The position numbers and the translations under genes are program-made. The notes beneath the pieces were generated by a model, which was not told the DNA's origin, ran no database searches, and saw only the letters and a list, made by a program, of their open reading frames with translations. From an uncultured Candidatus Actinomarina sp. (GTDB taxonomy: Bacteria; Actinomycetota; Acidimicrobiia; Actinomarinales; Actinomarinaceae), in assembly GCA_902635945.1 (NCBI GenBank), contig CACPPU010000001.1, positions 364,955 through 428,954 on the forward strand: a stretch of DNA of 64,000 nucleotides, written 5' to 3'. This document shows positions 16,714 through 24,717 of the stretch, piece after piece; within the stretch, counting starts at the first letter, position 1, and the number at the start of each line of letters is the position of its first letter.

Positions 16714-17638
16714 TTTAGTAAATAAAGTAGCAGAGATTTTAAACGCACCAGTTGACTTGGTACAGCGTTCTGCGGAAGCAAGGGCTGCTGCTTCTGGAGT
16801 TTCAGTTGATGACGTCCTAAGTTCATGGGCTGGCGGTGAAAGTGTAGCTGCGTCTGCTCCAAAAGAAGAAGCTCCTGTTGAAGAGGCTCCAAAAGAAGAA
16901 ACTGTTGTCGAAGAAACAATTGAAGAAGAAGCTCCTGTTGAAGAGGCTCCAAAAGAAGAAACTGTTGTTGCAACTGCTGTAACACGACAAGTAACTAAAT
17001 CTATTTCCTTTGCTAATGAAACAATGGGTATAAAAATTAATTCTGAAAACCTTCTTCCTAAGTGGCTCAACTTTAGTTTTATTATCATTCCATTATTTAT
17101 ACTCATAGGTCTTATTAGTTCTTCTAACACACAAGAGTGCGGTGAAAGAGGGATGCTAAATGTTGATAGAAAGTCTCAAGAGGCTGTAAATTGTGATGGC
17201 TCTCCTTATGAAGGTAGAGGTGTTGCTGCAACAAACACAATAAATTATATTGCACTCGGTCAAGAAGTTTATGCAGGTGCTGCTGCATGTGCTGGCTGTC
17301 ACGGAGGTGGCGGTGGCGGTGGAGTTGGTCCAGCATTTACTGGTGGTGCGTTATATACTACTTTCCCAACATGTGCAGATCACACTAAATGGATTCAACT
17401 CGGATCTGCAGGATGGCAAGCTGAAGTAGGTCCAACTTATGGTGCTGAAGATACAGTCTCTATTGGAGGAATGCCAGGATTTCAAGGAAAGCTTACAGAA
17501 GATGAATTATATGCTGTTGTTGTCTTTGAGAGAGTAGTTTTTGGTGGCGGAAACACTGAAGAAGTACTTAGTGACTGTGGTCTTTTAGAAACAGAAGAGG
17601 ATGAAGTCACCACAGAAGCCCTTAGCTCAACTCCTTAA
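16706..17638 (+). CDS. Membrane-anchored monohaem class I c-type cytochrome with an N-terminal QRSAEARA module
   Basis: 310 aa. The N-terminus MSDLVNKVAEILNAPVDLVQRSAEARAAASGVSVDDVLSSWAGGE is followed by an acidic repeat linker and a TM. The C-terminal domain has CAGCHGGGGGGGVGPAF and the Met ligand context GGMPGFQGKLTEDE. Confidence 0.75.
   Translation: MSDLVNKVAEILNAPVDLVQRSAEARAAASGVSVDDVLSSWAGGESVAASAPKEEAPVEEAPKEETVVEETIEEEAPVEEAPKEETVVATAVTRQVTKSISFANETMGIKINSENLLPKWLNFSFIIIPLFILIGLISSSNTQECGERGMLNVDRKSQEAVNCDGSPYEGRGVAATNTINYIALGQEVYAGAAACAGCHGGGGGGGVGPAFTGGALYTTFPTCADHTKWIQLGSAGWQAEVGPTYGAEDTVSIGGMPGFQGKLTEDELYAVVVFERVVFGGGNTEEVLSDCGLLETEEDEVTTEALSSTP
16865..16968 (+). repeat. 44-bp exact direct repeat at 60-bp period in the cytochrome c linker (EEAPVEEAPKEETVV)
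   Basis: 16865-16908 and 16925-16968 are identical (GAAGAAGCTCCTGTTGAAGAGGCTCCAAAAGAAGAAACTGTTGT). Confidence 0.85.
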
Positions 17639-18045
17639 TGAAAAAATTCTCACTTCTTTATATATTTGTTTTTTTTGATGGATTATCTGTTGCCTCCAGT
17701 TCTTTATTTGGATTTTTCTTTCCAAAACTATTTTCTGATATTTTTGGAGCTAATTTTGGAAGCAATGATTTAGTTTGGCTGAAATTTGTACTGTTGCCTG
17801 GAGTAGCAATAAATGTTCTCCTAATGTTTTTTGCATTAACTAAAAATAGGCCAGGTATTTTACTATCAAATATATTGAGAGTTTTTACAACAGTTAGTTA
17901 CTTATTTATGTGGGGAGAGGCAACAATTATTAGATCCTTACTGAACCTTATAATTATCCACCATGTAATTGTTGTGACTACAACTTTTGTTTTATATTTT
18001 AAAAAAGAAGATAACACAACCTCAGGGGAACTCAATTCAATTTAA
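17638..18045 (+). CDS. Small 4-TM membrane protein, last gene of the cbb3-like operon
   Basis: 135 aa and hydrophobic. Its ATG overlaps the stop of the upstream cytochrome c gene (TAATG). Confidence 0.4.
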   Translation: MKKFSLLYIFVFFDGLSVASSSLFGFFFPKLFSDIFGANFGSNDLVWLKFVLLPGVAINVLLMFFALTKNRPGILLSNILRVFTTVSYLFMWGEATIIRSLLNLIIIHHVIVVTTTFVLYFKKEDNTTSGELNSI

Positions 18046-18173
18046 CTGGTTATAAAAAAACAGGTTTGTTTCTTTCTAAAACTTAATTAAAATTTTTTTA
18101 TGCTACCTGTTATTTACTTTCACATAGCTCTTGTTGCTATCAGTGCACTCTTGTTTTACGTAATCCTTTAATA

Positions 18174-18614
18174 ATGGTTAAACAAAAACGAGAGAAAAGA
18201 GTCGTAGGGTGGAAAGAGCATGCGGCTTTACCTGATCTCAATGTTAAAAGTGTTATTGCAAAAATAGATACTGGAGCAACTTTAGCTTCAATTGATGCTG
18301 CTGATATAAAAATTGTTACAAGAGATAAAGTCAAATACGTAAAGTTCAAGGTAATGAAAAGAAATAATACGGTACGTAAAACTTCTGCTCCCTTAGAAGG
18401 ATATAAACGAATAAAAAGTTCTAATGGTGATGTTGAGAGAAGACCGTATATAAAAACGACTCTATTAATGGATGGTATATCTAAAAAAATAGAGCTTACT
18501 TTAACTGACAGAGGCCCAATGGATTACACAATGCTTATTGGAAGAAAAGCATTAGGTAGAAGATGGGTAGTTAATCCATCCATAAGTTTTCTCACAAAAC
18601 CTGAAAGAGATTAA
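18174..18614 (+). CDS. Retropepsin-like aspartic protease of the RimB / putative ATP-dependent zinc protease (DUF785) family
   Basis: 146 aa. The block AKIDTGATLASIDA contains the D-T-G-A retropepsin signature. It lies directly upstream of rimK, as in rimB-rimK pairs. Confidence 0.6.
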   Translation: MVKQKREKRVVGWKEHAALPDLNVKSVIAKIDTGATLASIDAADIKIVTRDKVKYVKFKVMKRNNTVRKTSAPLEGYKRIKSSNGDVERRPYIKTTLLMDGISKKIELTLTDRGPMDYTMLIGRKALGRRWVVNPSISFLTKPERD

Positions 18615-18616
18615 AT

Positions 18617-19519
18617 ATGAAACTTGGAATTCTTTCTCAAGATATACGACTTTATTCAACAAGTAGACTTTATGAATCAGCTAAAAACCGAGGTCATGAT
18701 ACAGAAGTAGTCAGTTATTTACGATGTTATATGAACATAGCAAAAGCTAAGCCTCGAATCTTCTTTCAAGGTAGGCAGATGAATTTTGACGTGGTGATTC
18801 CAAGAATTGCTGCAACATGGACCTTTTATGGGGCTGCGGTTGTGAGACAGTTTGAGTTAATGGGAGCTTTGTCTGCAAACTCTTCAGCTTCAATTAGTAG
18901 GTCTAGAGACAAGTTGAGAGCATTACAGTTAATTGGAAATAGTGGTGTTGAGATGCCTGTTACAGGATACGTTCACCTTTCAAGAGATATTGAGTCAGTA
19001 TTAAAAACTGTTGGTGAACCTCCATACGTCATAAAGTTGCTTGAAGGAACTCAAGGAAGAGGAGTTGTGTTAACCGAAACTATGGAAGCTGCGATAAGTG
19101 CTATAGAGACCATGAAAAAAATTGATGCAAACATATTAATTCAAGAGTTTATAAGCGAATCTAGAGGAGAGGACATTAGAGCAATTGTTGTGGGCGATAA
19201 AGTTGTAGCTTCAATGAAACGCAAAGCTAAGCCAGGAGAGTTTCGTTCAAATGTTCATCTTGGTGGAACTGTTGAAAATTATGATTTAAACGAACAAGAA
19301 GAAGAAAGTGCCATTAAAGCTGCAAAAGTACTTGGTCTTTCTGTCGCTGGTGTAGATTTAATTCAATCAAATAGAGGTCCTTTGGTTTTAGAAGTGAATT
19401 CCTCGCCTGGATTAGAAGGAATTGAAAAAGCTAGCGGAGTTGATGTTGCTGATAAGATTATCGAATATTTAGAGGATGAGCATATCAATAGAGATAAATC
19501 TAAACCGATAGATATTTAA
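18617..19519 (+). CDS. rimK: RimK-family ATP-grasp alpha-L-glutamate ligase
   Basis: 300 aa. The typical RimK blocks YVIKLLEGTQGRGVVL, EFISESRGEDIRAIVVG, EFRSNVHLGG and AGVDLIQSNRGPLVLEVNSSPGLEGIE are present. Confidence 0.85.
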   Translation: MKLGILSQDIRLYSTSRLYESAKNRGHDTEVVSYLRCYMNIAKAKPRIFFQGRQMNFDVVIPRIAATWTFYGAAVVRQFELMGALSANSSASISRSRDKLRALQLIGNSGVEMPVTGYVHLSRDIESVLKTVGEPPYVIKLLEGTQGRGVVLTETMEAAISAIETMKKIDANILIQEFISESRGEDIRAIVVGDKVVASMKRKAKPGEFRSNVHLGGTVENYDLNEQEEESAIKAAKVLGLSVAGVDLIQSNRGPLVLEVNSSPGLEGIEKASGVDVADKIIEYLEDEHINRDKSKPIDI

Positions 19520-19737
19520 AAAAATAAATTTTTTAACACCCTAAGTCTTGAGAAAATCCCCTCTTCGATAACTTCGTTTTTTTTCAGCAGTACTGGTACT
19601 CGAAGCAAAAATTCTTTATGGTCTTCCTGAACATCTACCTCTCTAATTTGATAAAAAGGTTTAAGAAATTTAATTTTGTTTTCTGCTTTTTTACATAACT
19701 CACAGTTGTCTGTTGTTACAAAAATTAATTCTGACAT
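19516..19737 (-). CDS. Glutaredoxin-like small thioredoxin-fold protein
   Basis: 73 aa. The CxxC motif sits in the context IFVTTDNCELCKKA near the N-terminus. Size is consistent with Grx-like/DUF836 proteins. Confidence 0.5.
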   Translation of the reverse strand: MSELIFVTTDNCELCKKAENKIKFLKPFYQIREVDVQEDHKEFLLRVPVLLKKNEVIEEGIFSRLRVLKNLFF

Positions 19738-19823
19738 GTATTATGTACTCATGAGGCCGTGGACTTTAGTTTTTATAATTTTGCTCGTATTAATTATTTT
19801 TATCTCTGGTTCTATTGCCATAT

Positions 19824-20636
19824 CTAATTTGAGACTTTAATAATTACTTTCGAATTATCTTTACAATTTAACAATTTTTGAGCATTCCCATTGCTTAAAA
19901 ATAACGAAGCCATGCCCCAAGAATCAATAACAATTCCTATCCCGCCAATTGTTTCGTTTTTGTAGGTTTCGCACCACTTAGCACTAAGTTCTTGATTATC
20001 AATTTTTATGGGAATGACGTCACCGACTTTATAATCTTTGTCAGTTAATTCTTGTGGAGATATATTGGTTTGACAGTTACCAAACTCATCAATGTACAAC
20101 ACCTCACCTTTAATTTCATCATCTGTAATATCTGTGAGGGGAATCAAATACTGTTTTAAATCTTCAAGATCAAGTTCCGGTCCAAACTCTTCTAGCTTTA
20201 GTTCTCCTGATGCATATCCTGCAGCAAAGGGAGCAAAAATGTCTCTTGCATGAAAAGTGTTTCCTTCGTGCGGAATAATCCAATTTTCATTTTCTAAGGC
20301 ATAAGCTTTTTGTGCACCCCCAACTGTCGCACAAGCCAAATTAAGCAAACCATTATCAGGTCCAATCATTACTCCCCAATCGGTAGTTATTGCAATAGCT
20401 TTTCTGTCAGTACCAACACCTGGATCTACAACTGCAAGGAGAACTCCTTGTGGTATGTATTGAATTGCCCTCATTAACAAAAGGCTTCCATATTTAATAT
20501 CTTGAGGTGGAATTTGATGAGATATATCATTTACTAAAATATCTTTATCTATTCGACTTATTACTCCTTTTACAACACCAACTGAGCCGTCTTGTAAACC
20601 GAAGTCTGAAGCAAATGAAATTATTTTTTTTGCCAT
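19824..20636 (-). CDS. SAM hydroxide adenosyltransferase / SAM-cleaving enzyme family (DUF62, fluorinase-chlorinase-like)
   Basis: 270 aa. The N-terminal IISFASDFGLQDGSVGVVKGVI and VVDPGVGTDRKAIA blocks are hallmarks of this family. Confidence 0.7.
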   Translation of the reverse strand: MAKKIISFASDFGLQDGSVGVVKGVISRIDKDILVNDISHQIPPQDIKYGSLLLMRAIQYIPQGVLLAVVDPGVGTDRKAIAITTDWGVMIGPDNGLLNLACATVGGAQKAYALENENWIIPHEGNTFHARDIFAPFAAGYASGELKLEEFGPELDLEDLKQYLIPLTDITDDEIKGEVLYIDEFGNCQTNISPQELTDKDYKVGDVIPIKIDNQELSAKWCETYKNETIGGIGIVIDSWGMASLFLSNGNAQKLLNCKDNSKVIIKVSN

Positions 20637-20688
20637 GAAATGAGTATAAATAGTAAATATTTGTTAACCTAAATCCTTAGGGAGTATT

Positions 20689-21900
20689 TTGAAAAAACTT
20701 TTATATTCACTTGGAATATTTATTGTAATTATCTTATTAGCTGTTGGATGGTATTTTTCTGGCCTTATTTATGAAACTGGTTTAAATCCAGAATTTACTG
20801 ATGCTGAAAACGTAGGAACCGCAGAAGATAGGGTCTTAATTGATTCAATAGCTAAAGATACAATAAAACTAAACGTCGAGGAAGAACAATGGGGACCTCT
20901 TCTTGAAAATGGAATATACGGAATTATTGGGCAAAATGGTGAAGCCATTGTTGGCAAGATTTTATCAAGTAATGGAAACGTCATAGAAAGAGAACTACTC
21001 CAAGTAACCGGTACATTAGTTTCTGGTGACAGAATTAGTGCTTCAGGGTTAATTAGACAAGATAATGACGGTGCCTACAAAATTTTAGGATCAAGCGGTT
21101 GGTCAGGACAAGCCACAGATGGTGTTTACACACCTAAGTCAGTATCAGAAGTTGAATATGAAGATATATTTTATGAATCTGATGTTGGTAGCTTTCCAGC
21201 ATATCTTACATCTAAAGGTGATAAGGGTATTGTAATTTTTGTTCATGGTTTTAGAGGAAATTATGCAAGAGAAGTATTTTCTTTAATGAGAACTAAAGAC
21301 CTTGAAGAGCTTGGCTATAGATCCATGATTATTTCCTATAGAAATGACCGTGGCCTTCCCAAAGACCCTTCAGGAATATATCAGTATGGCGTTACTGAAT
21401 GGGCAGATATAGATGCTGCGATAGATGAAGCCAGAAAATCTAACGAAAACATTATTTTATTTGGAATTAGTGGTGGTGGTGGTCCGGTGTCTTCTTGGAT
21501 AGAAAATACCGATGATTTAAGTAAAGTTACTGGAATCATTTATGAAGCTCCTGTAATTAGCTTTTGGGAAAGTGTTGAAGTAAATGGTGCAGCAAGATTT
21601 CCTTGGTTGCCTGAAGTGCTCTTTAGTTATTTCAAAATAGTCACGGAACTAAGATACGGAGTCGACTTTGATTCGATGGACTTCAGAGAAGCTGTGATAG
21701 GCTCTACAATTCCTACATTATTATTCCATGGTGATGATGATGAGTGGGTTCCAGTAGAAATGTCGGATTTGATTGCAGAATCTCGCGATACCAATTTTAC
21801 CTATATTCGTTATGAAAATGTTGGACACGTAACTTCTTGGAATGCAGATCCTGATAATTATTTTTATCAACTAGATACCTTCTTATCTAATTTAGATTAA
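20689..21900 (+). CDS. Membrane-anchored alpha/beta-hydrolase
   Basis: 403 aa with an N-terminal TM. It has the oxyanion block VIFVHGFRGN and the nucleophile elbow GISGGG (GxSxG). Late GDDDEWVP and NVGH blocks are candidate acid/His residues. It uses a TTG start. Confidence 0.7.
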   Translation: MKKLLYSLGIFIVIILLAVGWYFSGLIYETGLNPEFTDAENVGTAEDRVLIDSIAKDTIKLNVEEEQWGPLLENGIYGIIGQNGEAIVGKILSSNGNVIERELLQVTGTLVSGDRISASGLIRQDNDGAYKILGSSGWSGQATDGVYTPKSVSEVEYEDIFYESDVGSFPAYLTSKGDKGIVIFVHGFRGNYAREVFSLMRTKDLEELGYRSMIISYRNDRGLPKDPSGIYQYGVTEWADIDAAIDEARKSNENIILFGISGGGGPVSSWIENTDDLSKVTGIIYEAPVISFWESVEVNGAARFPWLPEVLFSYFKIVTELRYGVDFDSMDFREAVIGSTIPTLLFHGDDDEWVPVEMSDLIAESRDTNFTYIRYENVGHVTSWNADPDNYFYQLDTFLSNLD

Positions 21901-23030
21901 GCAAAATCCTTATAAAGAATCTCTATTTCTCTGGCTGTATTAGCCCAGCTATAAGCTTTTGATTTGTCTAGACAGTTCAACATAATTTCGTGAAACTTGT
22001 CATTGTTATTCAATAACTCTTTTACAAAATTATTTACATTTCCGTCAATCAAACTTTCTGAATAATAACCATTCTCATTGCTTTCAACAATCTCTAACAC
22101 GGAACCACTATTAGTTGTTAGAACTGGCACACCCATTGCATTAGCTTCAGCTGCTACGAGTCCGAAGGTTTCAAATTTAGATGTATGTATTAATAGTTTT
22201 GACTTATTTAATAAATCTCTTATTTCTGTTTGTGGAAGGTTGTCAAGAAATTCTATATGAGACTCAAGGTTAAGATCTACAACAGTTTGTTTTAGTTCTA
22301 CTAAATATTCATTACCGGATTTTCCACTTGGTCCACCGACAAAATAACAAGTAAAATTATTTTCAACTTTTTTAAAATTATCCAAAAACTTGATCGTTTC
22401 AATTTGTCCTTTTTGTTCCTGAATTCTTCCTATCGATAAGAATATATTTTCTCTTTTAACTGTTTGGTCAAGTGAAAATATCTCTACATCAACTCCTGGG
22501 GTAATTAGTTTCATCTTGTTAGAGTCAACATTATAATTTTTTAAAATCATATCTTCCTCAAACAATGAAGATGTTGTAATAATATCTGAAGAGGTCATAA
22601 TTATTTTTTCACAATCAACTCTTTCTTTGTTGTACCCATCAAGAAAAATTCCCAAACTATGCGATGTGTAAACAAGTGGTTTGTTATATTTATTTGCAAC
22701 CTCTTTTCCAACTAAACCAGACAGCCAATAGTGAGCATGTATTACATCAAAACTTTCTGGATCAACTGATTCATATAATTTATTTATAAATTCCTGCAAA
22801 TAGATTTCTTTATCTTCAACAGACAAATCTTTATCAAATAAATTTAATGACTTAAACTCAAGATTGCTCTTTACAAAACTCTCTGCCTTTTCACCAGTTA
22901 CAACAGTGACGTGGTTATTTTTGGATAATTGATCTGAAATTTTCTCAACATAAATATTCAAACCTCCAGAATCATACTTGCCAGCGCTGCCAAAAGGTGC
23001 TGTATGAAAGCTAATTTGTAATATTTTCAT
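21897..23030 (-). CDS. mshA: GT4 retaining glycosyltransferase, MshA-like (D-inositol-3-phosphate glycosyltransferase candidate)
   Basis: Blocks ISFHTAPFGSAGKYDSGGLNIYV, HAHYWLSG, VGGPSGKSG and ETFGLVAAEANAMGVPVL parallel the MshA blocks HTSP..G.GD.GGMNVY, HSHYWLSG, GGPSG and ESFGLVAMEAQASGTPV. The comparison is from memory. Confidence 0.55.
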   Translation of the reverse strand: MKILQISFHTAPFGSAGKYDSGGLNIYVEKISDQLSKNNHVTVVTGEKAESFVKSNLEFKSLNLFDKDLSVEDKEIYLQEFINKLYESVDPESFDVIHAHYWLSGLVGKEVANKYNKPLVYTSHSLGIFLDGYNKERVDCEKIIMTSSDIITTSSLFEEDMILKNYNVDSNKMKLITPGVDVEIFSLDQTVKRENIFLSIGRIQEQKGQIETIKFLDNFKKVENNFTCYFVGGPSGKSGNEYLVELKQTVVDLNLESHIEFLDNLPQTEIRDLLNKSKLLIHTSKFETFGLVAAEANAMGVPVLTTNSGSVLEIVESNENGYYSESLIDGNVNNFVKELLNNNDKFHEIMLNCLDKSKAYSWANTAREIEILYKDFA

Positions 23031-23842
23031 AAACTTACAATCAAGTCATACAGTTGAACTGATTTTCCACCTAAATCAAACTTGTATCTTTCAGTACCTT
23101 TTAGAAAATCAAAAAAAGACTTGCCATTATGTATTAAACCTTGAATTATAAGGTCATTTAAGACAATTCCAGGATTTATTGAATTAAAATCATTATCTCT
23201 ACTTGAGTTGTAAAGGTAGCAACCATTCGTGTTTTCATAGCAGAATGCAGTTGAGACTACTCCTTTGTCGGTACTTAAATAGTAAATTTTCCAACCTTCT
23301 AGATTGAGAAGTTCTTCAAAATAAGCTTCAATATTCTCTGTCATAAATTGTCCTTTTTCGCCTTTAGATTTTTTATGTTGTGAAACAAAAATTTTAAATA
23401 TCTCATTTTCACGGGACTCTAGAAGTTCAAATGAATTTACCTGATCTGAGAATTTTCTTTTTTTTCTGTTAAGTTCATGACGATTCTTTTTTGTTAAATT
23501 TTGCAGATAGTCATCGTATTGTTCTGGTAATAATAAATTCACAGAAATGTCTGATTTTTTTATCCTGATTGATTTATAAACCTCTGACTGTAATATTTTT
23601 TGAATTTGAAAATAATGTAATGAGTCAAAATTAACATTTGAAATAGAATTATTCTCTAAAATATTCTTACTTATTTCACTAGTGGGTCTGTAATCAACAA
23701 AATCTCTATTGCCAATATTTACAATAGTTTTATCCGATATTGCAAAATCTTCAAAGAAAGTATCTTGATCATCATTAAATTGTTTTACCAGGTTTAAAAA
23801 TTCTTTTTTAATAAATGGTGATTCTAAAACTTGTTTTTCCAC
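23027..23842 (-). CDS. Putative GNAT-fold acyl/acetyltransferase (FemAB/CelD-like)
   Basis: 271 aa. It overlaps the downstream GT4 gene by 4 nt. Only weak by-eye resemblance to the Acetyltransf_6-type C-terminal region. Confidence 0.35.
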   Translation of the reverse strand: MEKQVLESPFIKKEFLNLVKQFNDDQDTFFEDFAISDKTIVNIGNRDFVDYRPTSEISKNILENNSISNVNFDSLHYFQIQKILQSEVYKSIRIKKSDISVNLLLPEQYDDYLQNLTKKNRHELNRKKRKFSDQVNSFELLESRENEIFKIFVSQHKKSKGEKGQFMTENIEAYFEELLNLEGWKIYYLSTDKGVVSTAFCYENTNGCYLYNSSRDNDFNSINPGIVLNDLIIQGLIHNGKSFFDFLKGTERYKFDLGGKSVQLYDLIVSL

Positions 23843-23847
23843 AAAAC

Positions 23848-24693
23848 TTAGAATAAACCATTTACAACATTTAGTGAATCAACAATGTATAGCGATGCTA
23901 TAAAGGCCAGCATGAAATCAAATATATAAATCTGACTAGTAAGTCTTGTTGTCAATTCGTACTCTAAGCGAATTTTTACAAACATGAAAGTTATTAATGT
24001 TGTAAACAATGCTGTCGTTAGGCCTGCTAAAAATATATACAAAGTGTTAAATGAATAAAAACTACTTACCCCAACAAATGCAATGGAGACAATAAAAAAG
24101 TTAAAAAAGAACTGGAAGTTGCTAAATTGCACTGCAAAATATGTTGCAAGAGTCTTCAAAAATAGTAGCAAAAGATACAGATAAGAAACGTAGTAGATGT
24201 TTTCTTGAAAACTTTCAATTATGATAAATCGATTTACTAGAAAGGAAAGGAATAAAGCTACGAACACATTGCCGACTTTATACATATTTATATCTTTTTG
24301 AAATAAGAAGTAAGTTATAGAGAGCAATAAACATGAGAGCAACAAGCTGACTGTTTCTATATTTGAGTAGATGCTTTGAATTGTAACAGAAGAAAAAGAA
24401 AGCAATAAAACTGTAAGAACTACAAGATATTGTTGAGACTTAATATCAAACTGCCCTACGAGCATCTCTGTAAGCCAAACTAATGTTAGGCCTACAAAAC
24501 AAGAGGTGATCAATGCTTTACTTGAAATCATAACGCCCACAAAAATTGCAAAAGACAGAATATATTGAAAATAACGTAATTGAATTTGAAACATCCTCGC
24601 GAAAATTTTACTTGGAAAAGCTTGAAATTGTAAGCACTTTATAATATAGTTATAAAACACTATATTTAGTGTTATTTTGTATCCCCTATACAA
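23848..24693 (-). CDS. Polytopic membrane protein of unknown function
   Basis: About 7 TM segments. The first 33 codons of the tracked ORF run through the nrdJ promoter/NrdR-box region. A start at the internal Met (24594, MFQIQLRYF...) is therefore more plausible. Confidence 0.45.
   Translation of the reverse strand: MYRGYKITLNIVFYNYIIKCLQFQAFPSKIFARMFQIQLRYFQYILSFAIFVGVMISSKALITSCFVGLTLVWLTEMLVGQFDIKSQQYLVVLTVLLLSFSSVTIQSIYSNIETVSLLLSCLLLSITYFLFQKDINMYKVGNVFVALFLSFLVNRFIIIESFQENIYYVSYLYLLLLFLKTLATYFAVQFSNFQFFFNFFIVSIAFVGVSSFYSFNTLYIFLAGLTTALFTTLITFMFVKIRLEYELTTRLTSQIYIFDFMLAFIASLYIVDSLNVVNGLF
24657..24672 (+). promoter_or_regulatory. NrdR box (repressor operator) upstream of nrdJ
   Basis: ACACTATATTTAGTGT is a near-perfect 16-bp palindrome (ACACTA-N4-TAGTGT). 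It matches the NrdR-box consensus acaCwAtATaTwGtgt as I remember it. It sits 46 nt upstream of the nrdJ GTG and just downstream of a candidate promoter, TTGTAA (24628-24633) - 17 bp - TATAAA (24651-24656). Confidence 0.6.
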
Positions 24694-24717
24694 TATTTAG
24701 TTATAAAAGGAGAAAAA

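Noticed and set aside
16680-17336. Minus-strand ORFs 16680-16985, 16702-17130 and 17124-17336
   Set aside because: They are antisense to the cytochrome c gene. Their Gln/Leu- or Ser/Thr-rich repeats mirror the acidic linker repeats on the coding strand.
18046-18173. Rho-independent terminator or riboswitch in the gap after the cbb3-like operon
   Set aside because: The candidate stem (CTGGTT...AACAGG) is not complementary on inspection, and no convincing hairpin plus T-tract was found.
24634-24651. Second NrdR box (GCACTTTATAATATAGTT) upstream of the clear one
   Set aside because: The half-site spacing is 2-3 nt too long for the 16-bp palindrome and the match is poor. It may simply be AT-rich promoter DNA. 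It should be left for PWM scoring.
24595-24717. Cobalamin riboswitch upstream of the B12-dependent nrdJ
   Set aside because: Only about 60-120 nt are available between the promoter and the start codon, and I see no B12-box-like conserved core or extended stem structure. The region is better explained by a promoter plus an NrdR box.
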